A DNA stretch of 64,000 nucleotides from Hyphomicrobiales bacterium. GTDB taxonomy: Bacteria; Pseudomonadota; Alphaproteobacteria; Rhizobiales; Aestuariivirgaceae. The notes beneath the pieces are model-generated. The model ran no database searches. It saw only the letters and a list, made by a program, of their open reading frames with translations, and was not told where the DNA came from. The position numbers and the translations under genes are program-made. Where the stretch lies: the NCBI GenBank assembly GCA_031398425.1, contig JANNNG010000226.1, forward strand, positions 9,270 through 73,269, in the 5' to 3' direction. Positions 29,156 through 39,416 of this stretch are shown one piece after another (the stretch's first letter is position 1; each line of letters starts with the position of its first letter).

Positions 29156-29201
29156 TCAACCCTCTTTGAGCTTGGCCCTCAACCTTCCTTGAGCTTGGCC
29201 C
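29156..29201 (-). repeat. 23-bp imperfect tandem duplication of the TadD-like gene 3' end
   Basis: tcaaccctctttgagcttggccc (29156-29178) followed directly by tcaaccttccttgagcttggccc (29179-29201). Confidence 0.9.
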
Positions 29202-29961
29202 AGGTATTGTTGCTGGCCAGCATCTGCTGCAGATAGGCCATGTTGGCTTCCACCTGATCCGGTGGCAAATCTTCGCTGGCAATTTTCTTGGCTTCGTCAA
29301 AGCGACCTTGCAAACCCACAACCAGCGCCAGATTCTGGCGGATGCGCGGTGTGGATTTTGAATTGGGATGCGCCGCAGCTTTCCTGAGAACGCTTTCCGC
29401 TTCCGGCAATTTGCCCTGCAACGAATAGGACATGGCGAGGTTGTTCATCACACCCACATCATCGGGCGCAATGGCAAGGGCAGCCTGATATTTTTCACGC
29501 GCCTCCGTATGTTTGGTCTGCTGGTCAAGCGATGCGCCGAGCACCGACAGGGCCTGTGCGTCACGCGGGTTGAGTGCTGCTGCCCTGGAGAGAGCTTCAC
29601 TTGCACCTTCTGCATCGCCGGCCTTCAGAAGCGCGCGCCCCAATTCGGCCTGGGCCACGGCGTCGTCGCGGGTTTGCGCCACTGACGTTCGCAAGACCTC
29701 GATCTGTGTTGGCTTTTGGCCCAGTTCGTCCAGGCTGTTGCCATAGGCAATGGCGACTTTCACCTGCTTGGGATCAGATTTCCACCGTCTACTCAAGGCT
29801 TCGGTCTTCTTGAAAGATGGCCCTGCAATCGCCGTTGATGCTGTCGCCATGGGATCGGTTTCAAGGCTGGCCGACTTGTTCTGGCATCCCGCCAGCAGCA
29901 GGGTAGCTATGCCAAGCGCTGCAAGCCTGCGCGAAAAATTCCCAATCCTGATGCCCATCAT
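29179..29961 (-). CDS. TPR lipoprotein, TadD/CpaO-like (Flp pilus assembly)
   Basis: Lipobox LLAGC, TPR repeats, NNLAMSY, RIRQNLALVVGLQGRFDEA. Confidence 0.85.
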   Translation of the reverse strand: MMGIRIGNFSRRLAALGIATLLLAGCQNKSASLETDPMATASTAIAGPSFKKTEALSRRWKSDPKQVKVAIAYGNSLDELGQKPTQIEVLRTSVAQTRDDAVAQAELGRALLKAGDAEGASEALSRAAALNPRDAQALSVLGASLDQQTKHTEAREKYQAALAIAPDDVGVMNNLAMSYSLQGKLPEAESVLRKAAAHPNSKSTPRIRQNLALVVGLQGRFDEAKKIASEDLPPDQVEANMAYLQQMLASNNTWAKLKEG

Positions 29962-30005
29962 GCCGCACTCCACCCCGCGAAGTATCGAAGATGGACGCTC
30001 ATGTC

Positions 30006-30021
30006 TCAACAAATCCTTAAC
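30006..30021. promoter_or_regulatory. CtrA-like box upstream of the TadD-like gene
   Basis: TCAA-N7-TTAAC versus consensus TTAA-N7-TTAAC. Confidence 0.5.
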
Positions 30022-30057
30022 CATAGACGTCAAGGATTGAAAAACTGATTTGGAGAA

Positions 30058-31446
30058 ATGCTTGTGATTGATGCCGCCGAGATTTTGCTGCCTGCCAGAA
30101 CCAGGGGTGCCGTGCCGCTGCGGGTGATTGCCGCTGCGGACTGGAAGCAGGTCAAGGCGGGTCTGCCCCCACTCGTGCAGACCTGGGCCGAGGTGCTGGG
30201 CTTCGAGGCCATGCCCTTGTCTCTTCTGCATGTTGCAGACAAGGCGGGCGGCCTGGCGGAAATCTTCGTCGGTGCTCCGCGCCCCGATGATGACCCCTTC
30301 GCCCTGGGTGCGATTTCATCAAAGCTGCCGCAGGGGAATTATCGTTTCGCAACCGAACCAATCCATGCAGAACTGGTGGTACTGGGTTGGTGCCTTGAAC
30401 TCTACCGGCATGACCCATTCCGGCCACTCAAGATCAAGGCCGTCAAGCTCGTTTGTCCCAAGGCTGTCGATCAGCGTTTGGTCGTTGCCTTGGCAAATGC
30501 CAGTTTCGCTGTCCGGGACCGGGTCAACATGCCTTCCAACCTGTTTGGACCGAATGAACTTGAGGCGGCGGCCCGCTCACTGGCCAAGACCCATGGCGCA
30601 AAAATCACTGTCACATCTGGCGCCAAACTCGAACGGGAATTTCCACTCGTGCATGTGGTGGGCGCCGCCTCGCCACGCAGACCCCGCCTGATTGATGTGA
30701 CTTGGGGCAACCCGAAACATCCGAAGGTCACCCTCGTGGGCAAGGGCGTGTGCTTTGATACTGGCGGCCTCGACATCAAACCCTCATCCGGCATGTTGCT
30801 GATGAAGAAGGACATGGGTGGCGCCGCCAACGTTCTGGGTCTCGCCCAATTGGTGATGGGTGCCAAGCTGAAGCTGCGCTTGCGTATGCTGATCCCTGCC
30901 GTTGAAAATTCCATCGCAGGCAACGCCTTTCGCCCCGGCGATGTGTTCAGGACGCGGAAAGGTTTGACGGTGGAGATCGGCAACACCGATGCAGAAGGCC
31001 GCCTCGTTTTGTGCGAGGCCCTGGCCTTGGCCGACGAAGAACAGCCGGACCTGATTGTCGACATGGCCACGCTCACGGGGGCTGCCCGTGTGGCCTTGGG
31101 ACCGGATCTGCCGCCCTTCTACACCGACGATGATGATCTTGCTGCTACATTGATTACGCATGCAATCAAAACCAATGACCCCCTGTGGCGCATGCCGTTG
31201 TGGCGGCCTTACGGCGCAATGATCGAGTCAGCTTCAGCCGATATCAACAATGCGGGCCAGGGCGGCTTTGCCGGATCAATCACTGCAGCACTGTTCCTCC
31301 ACCGCTTTGTGGAAAAAGCCAAAGCGCATGTTCATTTCGATATCTTTGCCTGGGTCCCCACAGCAAAGCCCGGACGCCCCAAAGGCGGCGAGCAACAGGC
31401 CATGCGCGCAGTCTTCAGTTATCTCAACCAACGCTACGGAGCATAA
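30058..31446 (+). CDS. Leucyl aminopeptidase family (M17)
   Basis: VGKGVCFDTGGLDIK, MKKDMGGA, NTDAEGRL, ATLTGA. Confidence 0.96.
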   Translation: MLVIDAAEILLPARTRGAVPLRVIAAADWKQVKAGLPPLVQTWAEVLGFEAMPLSLLHVADKAGGLAEIFVGAPRPDDDPFALGAISSKLPQGNYRFATEPIHAELVVLGWCLELYRHDPFRPLKIKAVKLVCPKAVDQRLVVALANASFAVRDRVNMPSNLFGPNELEAAARSLAKTHGAKITVTSGAKLEREFPLVHVVGAASPRRPRLIDVTWGNPKHPKVTLVGKGVCFDTGGLDIKPSSGMLLMKKDMGGAANVLGLAQLVMGAKLKLRLRMLIPAVENSIAGNAFRPGDVFRTRKGLTVEIGNTDAEGRLVLCEALALADEEQPDLIVDMATLTGAARVALGPDLPPFYTDDDDLAATLITHAIKTNDPLWRMPLWRPYGAMIESASADINNAGQGGFAGSITAALFLHRFVEKAKAHVHFDIFAWVPTAKPGRPKGGEQQAMRAVFSYLNQRYGA

Positions 31447-31522
31447 TATGCTTGCCAAGTCCGACCAATTGGAGTGGAATGAAACGGTTCCGAAACGAGT
31501 TTTCAGAAATGGTTTGCGTACC

Positions 31523-31867
31523 ATGGCCATGCGTTTTTCATCCACCCAGTCCCTGCAACTTTGGCACGACGTGGCCCTGGCGCAGGTGCGGGACGATGAA
31601 CCTGATCTTTCTGTGCGGCAGGTCTGCATTCTCCTGACCATCTATCTCGAAGCGCCGCCACACACCGTGCGAGATCTCGCCCGTAAACTCGATGTCTCGA
31701 AACCCGTGATCACCCGCGCCCTCGACTCGATGGGAAAGCTTGGTCTGGTCTCCAGGCGACGCGATGAGGAGGACAGACGCAATGTACTGGTGCAACGCAC
31801 CGTCACAGGTGCGCTTTTTCTCGAGCGCCTGTCTGATCTCGTCGCCATGAAAGCCGACAGCGTGTGA
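31523..31867 (+). CDS. MarR family transcriptional regulator
   Basis: TVRDLARKLDVSKPVITRALD, SRRRDEEDRRNV wing. Confidence 0.92.
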   Translation: MAMRFSSTQSLQLWHDVALAQVRDDEPDLSVRQVCILLTIYLEAPPHTVRDLARKLDVSKPVITRALDSMGKLGLVSRRRDEEDRRNVLVQRTVTGALFLERLSDLVAMKADSV

Positions 31868-32700
31868 GTGCCCTTGATAAAAGACTGCATGCCGTCAGGC
31901 CTGACCTCGCCGATGCGCGGTTGCAGGGACTGTGCGAAGCCACACGATTTGTGGAAGGCACGCGCGGGCAATGTGGGGTGCCCGTCGCCAGGGTGCACCT
32001 CAAGGCGGACACCGAATCCATGCAGGTCACGCAAATGCTGATGGGGGAAGCCTTGCTGGTTTTTGAGCGAACCGAAGAGTGGTCCTGGGTCCAACTCGTC
32101 AAGGACGGTTACGTGGGCTATGTGCGCCCCGGCTGCGTGCGTGCCGCCAAGATCGCGACAACCCACCGGATCACCGTGCCATTGGGCCATCTCTATCCAA
32201 AGCCTGATATCAAATCCCAACCCGCCGTCGCCATGCCCATGAATGCCGAACTTGCCGTTGCTTACACCGACGGCGATTTTCATTGTCTGGCCTCGGGCGG
32301 GTTCATCCACACAGCGCAGGCAAGAACCTCTACGCCAGGCGACTTCGTTTCAGTTGCAGAACAATTCCTGCACGTGCCTTATCTCTGGGGCGGTAGAACC
32401 GCGATCGGCATTGATTGTTCGGGCCTGGTGCAGACGGCACTTCATGCCTGCGGCATCGATGCGCCGCGCGACAGTGACATGCAGGAGAATAGGCTGGGCA
32501 CCGATGCATCGGCCGAGAAACGCAAACGTGGTGACCTCATCTTCTGGAAAGGTCACGTCGGCATCATGCAAAATGAAATCACTCTACTTCACGCCAATGG
32601 TCATCACATGAAGGTGGTGAGCGAGCCATTGCAAACTGCGATTGACCGGATCGCAGCCAAGGGTTCGGCGGTGACGTCGATCAGGAAAATTGTATCGTGA
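31864..32700 (+). CDS. SH3 + NlpC/P60 (C40) peptidoglycan endopeptidase
   Basis: PYLWGG, GIDCSGLVQ, GDLIFWKGHVG, HANG. Confidence 0.94.
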   Translation: MSALDKRLHAVRPDLADARLQGLCEATRFVEGTRGQCGVPVARVHLKADTESMQVTQMLMGEALLVFERTEEWSWVQLVKDGYVGYVRPGCVRAAKIATTHRITVPLGHLYPKPDIKSQPAVAMPMNAELAVAYTDGDFHCLASGGFIHTAQARTSTPGDFVSVAEQFLHVPYLWGGRTAIGIDCSGLVQTALHACGIDAPRDSDMQENRLGTDASAEKRKRGDLIFWKGHVGIMQNEITLLHANGHHMKVVSEPLQTAIDRIAAKGSAVTSIRKIVS

Positions 32701-32711
32701 ACTTACCACAA

Positions 32712-32727
32712 TTGTCATGACCGGACT
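32712..32727. repeat. Truncated arm of the GTCATGACCGG repeat family
   Basis: ttgtcatgaccggact is the exact reverse complement of 45961-45976. Confidence 0.65.
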
Positions 32728-32730
32728 GGT

Positions 32731-33678
32731 TCAGTACCCCCGCTCGCGATCCACCAGATTATACAAGCGACCATCAACCTCAAAACGCTCGATCTGCCCT
32801 GCCACATATTTGCAGATCGTTGCAGGATCAGAGTCGGCCGCGGTGTGCGGTGTGAGCAAGACCTTTGGATGATGCCAAAACCGGCTGTCTGCTGGCAAAG
32901 GCTCCTTGCGGAACACATCGAGCGAAGCACCGTGCAATTCACCCGCCTCAAGTGCTGCAAGAATGTCGTCTTCAACCTGTTGTCGGCCCCGGCCTGCGTT
33001 GATCAGGACAGGTGCGCCAAACGGGCCACTGCGCGAGAGCTTTTTGATCAGTGTACGGTTTAACATGCCGTCGGTCTCGGCGGTTGCGGGCAACAGGCAC
33101 ACCAGCACATCGGTGCGGGACAGAAAATCATCCAACTCCGCCGCCCCCGCAAAACACTGAACGCCCTCAACGGATTTCCGTGTGCGGCTCCAGCCTGCGG
33201 TTGGAAAGCCGATCACGCTCAGCTTGCGTGCTGCATCCGCTCCCAGCACACCAAGACCCATGACGCCGACACGCAGCGCCGATGCGGCATGCTGTGGAAA
33301 CTGATCCCATATCCTGGCTTCTTGATTGGCATCAAGCCTGCGTTGCTGGCGATGATGCAGCAACACCTGCAAGACAACATGTTCCGACATCCGCATTGTG
33401 AGATCAGGGTCATTGACGCGCACGATGGGTTTGTCCTGAGGCAGCGACGGGTCAGACAAGATCGCATCAACACCAGCGCCGAGTGAAAAAATCACTTTCA
33501 GGTTGGGCAGGGATTTCACCACATTGGCTGGTGGCAACCAGGCTGCCACATAATGCACGTCCTCGACGTTGCCCACATCAGGCCAGACGCGAATGGATCG
33601 CTCTGGCATTGCCCTGCGCATGTGATTGGCCCAGGCCTTGCCATCCCACGTGGGCGTCACAAACAAAAACGCACTCAT
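32731..33678 (-). CDS. ghrA: Glyoxylate/hydroxypyruvate reductase A
   Basis: FSLGAGVDA, GVMGLGVLG, GWSR, INAGRG, TPH. Confidence 0.9.
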   Translation of the reverse strand: MSAFLFVTPTWDGKAWANHMRRAMPERSIRVWPDVGNVEDVHYVAAWLPPANVVKSLPNLKVIFSLGAGVDAILSDPSLPQDKPIVRVNDPDLTMRMSEHVVLQVLLHHRQQRRLDANQEARIWDQFPQHAASALRVGVMGLGVLGADAARKLSVIGFPTAGWSRTRKSVEGVQCFAGAAELDDFLSRTDVLVCLLPATAETDGMLNRTLIKKLSRSGPFGAPVLINAGRGRQQVEDDILAALEAGELHGASLDVFRKEPLPADSRFWHHPKVLLTPHTAADSDPATICKYVAGQIERFEVDGRLYNLVDRERGY

Positions 33679-35270
33679 GCTGCAAGCGGCTTCAAATTCA
33701 AGGACGCTGCCAGCAGTGCCTTGGTATAGTCGTGTTGCGGGTTCGCAAAAATCTCCTGTGATGAACCGCGTTCGACGACAACACCATTGCGCATGACAAT
33801 GAGTTCATTGGCGAGCGCCTTGACCACTTTCAAATCATGGCTGATGAAGAGATAGCCGAGATTGTGTTTCGCCTGCAGCTTGCGAAGAAGATCAACGACT
33901 TGCGCCTGCACCGACATATCAAGCGCCGAAGTCGGCTCATCCAGCATGATGAATTTGGGTTCAAGGGCAAGGGCACGCGCAATGGCAATGCGCTGGCGCT
34001 GGCCACCGGAAAATTCATGCGGGTAACGGTCCATGGTTTCAGGATCAAGCCCGGTTTCCATGAGCGACGTGGCGACACGGGCGCGGCGGTCAGCGGCGGA
34101 CATGCCGGGATTCTGAATCATCAACCCCTCCTCCACGATCTGTAAAACCGAAAGCCGAGGAGACAATGATCCAAACGGGTCCTGAAACACCACCTGCATG
34201 TCGCGCCGCAAGGGCCGCATGGCCTTGTTGTTGAGGCCGTCGATGCGTCGGCCACGATAGGTAATGGCACCTTGCGATGAGATGAGCCGCAGAATCGCAA
34301 GTCCTAGTGTGGTTTTGCCCGAACCTGATTCACCCACGATGCCCAGCGTCTGCCCCGCTTTGACCTCACAGGTGAGGCCATCAACAGCCTTGATGTGTCC
34401 CGTCACCTTGCGGAAAAAACCACGCTTCACCGGAAACCAGACCTTGAGATTGTTGGTCGCCACCAGCGTTTCAGCCGACGCATCAACGGGCGGCGGCTTG
34501 CCCTTGGGCTCCGCCGCCAGCAGCATCCTGGTGTAGGCATGCTGCGGCTTGGCGAACAAGGCCTTCGCAGGCCCCTGTTCCACGACCTTGCCCTTCTGCA
34601 TGACGACAACAGTGTCGGCCATGTGCCGGACGATGCCCAGATCATGGGTGATCAGCAACAGCGCCATGCCGAATTCTTTTTGCAAGTCCTTCAGCAATTT
34701 CAGAATCTGCGCCTGCACTGTCACGTCAAGTGCTGTCGTTGGTTCATCGGCGATCAGAAGATCAGGATTGTTGGCAAGCGCCATGGCAATCATCACCCGT
34801 TGCCGCTGACCGCCTGAAAGTTGATGTGGATAATCCTGCAACCGCGTTTCCGGATCACGAATGCCTACTTTGCCCAAAAGTTCGATGATGCGTTCGCGGG
34901 CTTTGGCACCACCCAGGCCCTGATGCAAATCCAGAATTTCACCAATCTGCTTTTCCACTGTGTGCAAGGGATTGAGCGACGTCATCGGCTCCTGAAAAAT
35001 CATGGTGATGTCGCGCCCGCGCACACGGCGAAGGTCAGCTTCGTCGGCATCCAGAAGGTTTTCACCGTTAAACAGGATTTCGCCGGATGGATGCGACGCA
35101 GCGGGATAGGGCAGCAACTTCAGAATCGAATTCGCTGTCACCGATTTTCCCGAACCCGACTCCCCCACAAGTGCCAGGGTTTCGCCTTTATCCAATGTGA
35201 ACGACACGCGATCAACGGCCAGACTATTGCGAAACGCCACCGACAAGTCCTTGACCACAAGCAGGCTCAT
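33675..35270 (-). CDS. yejF: Peptide ABC transporter double ATPase
   Basis: Two GESGSGK Walker A and [16 protein letters not shown] motifs. Confidence 0.92.
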   Translation of the reverse strand: MSLLVVKDLSVAFRNSLAVDRVSFTLDKGETLALVGESGSGKSVTANSILKLLPYPAASHPSGEILFNGENLLDADEADLRRVRGRDITMIFQEPMTSLNPLHTVEKQIGEILDLHQGLGGAKARERIIELLGKVGIRDPETRLQDYPHQLSGGQRQRVMIAMALANNPDLLIADEPTTALDVTVQAQILKLLKDLQKEFGMALLLITHDLGIVRHMADTVVVMQKGKVVEQGPAKALFAKPQHAYTRMLLAAEPKGKPPPVDASAETLVATNNLKVWFPVKRGFFRKVTGHIKAVDGLTCEVKAGQTLGIVGESGSGKTTLGLAILRLISSQGAITYRGRRIDGLNNKAMRPLRRDMQVVFQDPFGSLSPRLSVLQIVEEGLMIQNPGMSAADRRARVATSLMETGLDPETMDRYPHEFSGGQRQRIAIARALALEPKFIMLDEPTSALDMSVQAQVVDLLRKLQAKHNLGYLFISHDLKVVKALANELIVMRNGVVVERGSSQEIFANPQHDYTKALLAASLNLKPLAA

Positions 35271-36379
35271 TGAAACGTCTTCCTTGGATCAAGCGCATCG
35301 CGCACGGCTTCACCGGAGAACACCAGCAGTGTGAGCAGCGTTGTCACAACAAAGAAGGCGGTGAAGGCAAGCCAGGGCGCGAACAGGTTTTCCTTGCCCT
35401 GCTTTACCATTTCTCCGAGTGATGGCGAACCCGGTGGCAGGCCATAACCCAGAAAGTCCAGCGCCGTCAGCGTGCCCACAGAACCTGAGAGGATGAAAGG
35501 CATGAAGGTGATGGTGGATACCAGCGCATTGGGCAGCAGATGCCTCCACATGATCTTGGTATCACTCAGGCCCAGGGCGCGCGCGGCCCGCACATATTCA
35601 AAATTCCGTGCACGGAGGAATTCAGCCCGCACCACTCCCACAAGCCCGGTCCAGGAGAACAGCACGAGGATGAACAACAGAATCCAGAAGCCCGGCGTGA
35701 TGAAGGCCCCCATGATCAGCAGAATGTAAAGTACAGGAAGCGCCGTCCAGATGTCGATGAAACGCTGAAACAAGAGATCAGTCCAGCCGCCGAAGTAGCC
35801 CTGCACAGCCCCTGCCGCGAGACCTATGATCGAGGAGACAAACGTGAGAATCAGACCAAATGCCACGGAAATGCGAAAGCCATAGATCATCCGCGCCACC
35901 ACATCGCGTCCCTGGTCATCGGTGCCAAGCCAGTTCATGTTGCCAAAGATACATTGCGGGTCTTCGGCCTTCAGTTGATACTTGATACACGTGGTTTCAC
36001 GGTCCATGCGAAAGGCTGGACGCGAGGGAGCCGGTGCAGGAATTTCCCGGTTCACGGTGTTGTAGGAATACCGGATCGGCGGCCAGATCATCCAGCCATT
36101 GGCGTTGATCTCATCCTGATTGACCGTGTCGCGATAGTCCGTGTTGGCGAGAAAACCGCCGAACATGGATTCGGGATAGTCCCTGAACAGCGGGTAGAGC
36201 AGTTCGCCCTTGTAGGACGCGAGAATCGGCCTGTCATTGGCGATCAGCGGTGCAAGTACCGACAACACAAACAGCGTTGTGAAAATCACGCAAGACCAGA
36301 AGCCCCGCCTGTTCGCCTTGAACAGATCGAGGCGACGACGGTTGATGGGGGAGAGATTGTTGAACAGCACGATCCTCAA
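35267..36379 (-). CDS. yejE: Peptide ABC transporter permease
   Basis: LGTDDQGRDV, RAEFLRARNFEYV, LDFLGYGLPPGSPSLGE. Confidence 0.92.
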   Translation of the reverse strand: MRIVLFNNLSPINRRRLDLFKANRRGFWSCVIFTTLFVLSVLAPLIANDRPILASYKGELLYPLFRDYPESMFGGFLANTDYRDTVNQDEINANGWMIWPPIRYSYNTVNREIPAPAPSRPAFRMDRETTCIKYQLKAEDPQCIFGNMNWLGTDDQGRDVVARMIYGFRISVAFGLILTFVSSIIGLAAGAVQGYFGGWTDLLFQRFIDIWTALPVLYILLIMGAFITPGFWILLFILVLFSWTGLVGVVRAEFLRARNFEYVRAARALGLSDTKIMWRHLLPNALVSTITFMPFILSGSVGTLTALDFLGYGLPPGSPSLGEMVKQGKENLFAPWLAFTAFFVVTTLLTLLVFSGEAVRDALDPRKTFQ

Positions 36380-37455
36380 GTCTCGCGCGATTCAAAATCA
36401 ATGCGGGGATCAATCCACGTGTAGACAAGGTCGCTGATCAGCCCCACGATCAACCCAAGCATGGTCATGATGTAAAGATTGGCGAAGACCACGGCATAGT
36501 CGCGCTTCTCGATGGATTTGAACGTGAGAAGGCCCAACCCGTCAAGCGAGAACACCTGTTCGATCAATAGCGATCCTGTGAAGAAGGCCGTGAGAAAGGC
36601 ACCCGGAAAACCGGCGATCACCAGCAGCATTGCGTTGCGGAATACGTGTCCATAAAGCACCTTGGTTTCCGTCAAGCCTTTGGCCCGCGCCGTCGTCACA
36701 TATTGTTTCTTGATCTCGTCCAGAAACGAATTCTTGGTCAGCAGCGTCATGGTTGCAAAGCTCGACACGCCAAGGGCAACAAGCGGCAATACCAGATGCC
36801 AGACATAGTCTTTCAGTTTGCCAAACCACGACAGGTCGGCAAAATTGTCTGACTTCAAACCGCGCAACGGGAACCAGTCCCAGTAACTGCCGCCCGCGAA
36901 CAGCACGATCAGGATCACGGCAAAGATGAAGTTGGGAATCGCATAACCCAGAATGACAATCGCCGATGTCCAGATGTCGAAACTCGTGCCATCGCTCACA
37001 GCCTTCTTGATGCCCAGCGGCACCGAGACCAGATAGGTGACCAGTGTCAACCACAGGCCCAGCGAAATCGACACCGGCATTTTTTCGATGATCAAGGAAA
37101 TCACAGAACGACCGCTGAAATAGCTGGTGCCGAAATCAAAGCGCAGATAGTTCCACACCATGGTGAGAAAGCGTTCCGTGGGCGGCTTGTCGAAACCAAA
37201 CTGCACTTCAAGCTTCTTGATGAATTCCGGGTCCAGCCCTTCAGCACCCCGATACTTGGTACTCGCCGCATCGGAACCAATATTCTCGTTGCCCGCATCA
37301 AGCCTCGAACCGGACTCGCCGGGATTTTCAATCTGCGCAATGATCTGTTCAATGGGACCACCGGGCACAAATTGCACGATGCAGAAGGTCAGCAACAACA
37401 CCCCCAGTATGGTGGGTATCATCAGCAACAGCCGCTTCAGAATATAGCTACCCAT
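36376..37455 (-). CDS. yejB: Peptide ABC transporter permease
   Basis: YILKRLLLMIPT, FGFDKP, TKNSFLDEI, IDPRIDFE. Confidence 0.93.
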   Translation of the reverse strand: MGSYILKRLLLMIPTILGVLLLTFCIVQFVPGGPIEQIIAQIENPGESGSRLDAGNENIGSDAASTKYRGAEGLDPEFIKKLEVQFGFDKPPTERFLTMVWNYLRFDFGTSYFSGRSVISLIIEKMPVSISLGLWLTLVTYLVSVPLGIKKAVSDGTSFDIWTSAIVILGYAIPNFIFAVILIVLFAGGSYWDWFPLRGLKSDNFADLSWFGKLKDYVWHLVLPLVALGVSSFATMTLLTKNSFLDEIKKQYVTTARAKGLTETKVLYGHVFRNAMLLVIAGFPGAFLTAFFTGSLLIEQVFSLDGLGLLTFKSIEKRDYAVVFANLYIMTMLGLIVGLISDLVYTWIDPRIDFESRET

Positions 37456-39302
37456 CAGGTCTTCGAAATCGTTGCCGCAGTCTCAGGGTTGAACCACCAT
37501 ATGGCGGGATAACCCAGGCCATAGCCCGGCAGCGGCTGTGGATGTGCTACGCGCTTCCAATAGGCCAGACGCTCGTCGGAGATGAACCACATCGGCACCA
37601 CATAGTGGTTCCACATCAGCGCACGGTCCAGTGCGCGGCAGGCGGCGATCAGTGTCTTTCGATCTTTCGCGGCAATCAACTGTTCGACAATCCCATCAAC
37701 CGCCGGGTTCTTGATGCCGGAGCTGTTCTTGCTGCCTTTCTTGTCGGCAAAGTCCGACGTGAAGAACTCGCGTTGTTCATTGCCGGGAGACAGCGATTGC
37801 CCGAAGCTGCCGACAATGACGTCGTAGTCAAAATCTTCCGTGCGTCGCTCATATTGTGAAAGATCAATCGTCCGTATACTGACTTTGAAGCCGAGGAGTT
37901 GAAGCTGCTCCTTGTATGGCAGCGTGATGCGCTCGAAGGCCGGGGAGTAAAGCAAGAAATCGAGGGTGAATTCCTCTCCCTTGGCGTTCTTCAAAATGCG
38001 TGAATTGCCTTGCACTTCCGATTTCCACCCCGCTTCCGCCAGCAGTGCCTGTGCGGCGCGCAAATTCTTGCGGCGCTCCTGCGATGTGGCATTGATCGGG
38101 TTGGCATACTCCGTGGTGAACACCTCAGGCGGCAATTTGTCTTTCAAGGGATCGAGAATGGCCAGTTCCTCGGGCAACGGCAGCCCCTTGGCTTCCAGTT
38201 CGGAATTGTTGAAGTAACTGCGCGACCGTGTGTATTGTCCATAGAACAGGTTTTCACGGGCGAATTCAAAATCAAACGCAAGGTTCAGCGCACGGCGCAC
38301 GCGCACATCCTGAAATTTTGCACGGCGCAGATTCATCACATAGGCTTGCATGCCCTCGACACCTTCCTGCGGCACATTCTGCTTGATGACGCTGCCATTC
38401 TTGACGGCGGCGAAATCATAACCCGTGGCCCAGTTCTTCGCCGTGCTTTCACGCTGGATGTCAAACTGGTCGCCCTTGAAGGCCTCGAACATGATGGTCT
38501 GGTCTTTGTAGATCTGATATTCGACCTCGTCGAAATTGTTCTGCCCCACATTGACGGGCAGTGCTGCGCCCCAATAGTCGGGATCGCGCACCAGCATGAA
38601 GGATTGCCCCGATACGATCTTCCCCATCTTGTAAGCACCAGAGCCCAGCGGCGCTTCAAGTGACGACGCAGAGATATCACGCTGTTTGCCGTCAGCATCT
38701 TTCGCCATCCACCAGTGCTTCGGCTGAATTTTCAACTGCCCGATGATCTGCGGCAACTCGCGGTTCCCTTTGACGCCGAACGCAAACGTGACATCGCGCT
38801 CTCCGCTTTGTTCAACCGACGTCACATCCTTGTAATAGCCCTGCGCTTGCGGCAGGTTGGCTTTCAGGCTTTCAAATGAGAAAATCACATCCTCTGGCTT
38901 CACCGGCTCGCCGTCTTGAAACCGCGCTTCGCGGCGCAGACGATAGACCACGCGGGCGTAGTCCTCAGGAAACCAGAGGCCTTCTGCCAACAGCCCGTAT
39001 TCACTCGAAGGTTCATCCAAAGCCCGCGCCAGCAGCGTTTCCGCAACACCGGGGTCTATGGGGTCACCCTTGAGGGTGGACGCATTCAGACTGTCGAATG
39101 AACCCAGTACCCCCAGCCGCAACTTGCCGCCCTTTGGCGCTTGTGCGTTCACATAGTCGAACTGCTTGAAGCCCTCGGGATATTTCAAACTCTCGAACAG
39201 GGTGGCGCCATATCGAAACACCATGTCCTCAGCTGCCGCGGGCCCTGCCACCAGTGGCAGTACTGCCATGCCCTGCAAGGCCTGTCGTCGCGTGAGCGCC
39301 AT
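37455..39302 (-). CDS. yejA: Peptide ABC transporter substrate-binding protein (Tat signal)
   Basis: LTRRQAL Tat motif, FDYVNAQAPKGG, YGLLAE, LDRALMWNHY. Confidence 0.92.
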   Translation of the reverse strand: MALTRRQALQGMAVLPLVAGPAAAEDMVFRYGATLFESLKYPEGFKQFDYVNAQAPKGGKLRLGVLGSFDSLNASTLKGDPIDPGVAETLLARALDEPSSEYGLLAEGLWFPEDYARVVYRLRREARFQDGEPVKPEDVIFSFESLKANLPQAQGYYKDVTSVEQSGERDVTFAFGVKGNRELPQIIGQLKIQPKHWWMAKDADGKQRDISASSLEAPLGSGAYKMGKIVSGQSFMLVRDPDYWGAALPVNVGQNNFDEVEYQIYKDQTIMFEAFKGDQFDIQRESTAKNWATGYDFAAVKNGSVIKQNVPQEGVEGMQAYVMNLRRAKFQDVRVRRALNLAFDFEFARENLFYGQYTRSRSYFNNSELEAKGLPLPEELAILDPLKDKLPPEVFTTEYANPINATSQERRKNLRAAQALLAEAGWKSEVQGNSRILKNAKGEEFTLDFLLYSPAFERITLPYKEQLQLLGFKVSIRTIDLSQYERRTEDFDYDVIVGSFGQSLSPGNEQREFFTSDFADKKGSKNSSGIKNPAVDGIVEQLIAAKDRKTLIAACRALDRALMWNHYVVPMWFISDERLAYWKRVAHPQPLPGYGLGYPAIWWFNPETAATISKT

Positions 39303-39416
39303 GAAGCCACTATTCTCCCTGCTGATTCGCGACTTATTCATACGCCGCCTCCACCTCAAAACAAAACACCGGCCAAAACTGTGCCGGTGCATCGTGGTCG
39401 AATCTGGGCGGTAAGC

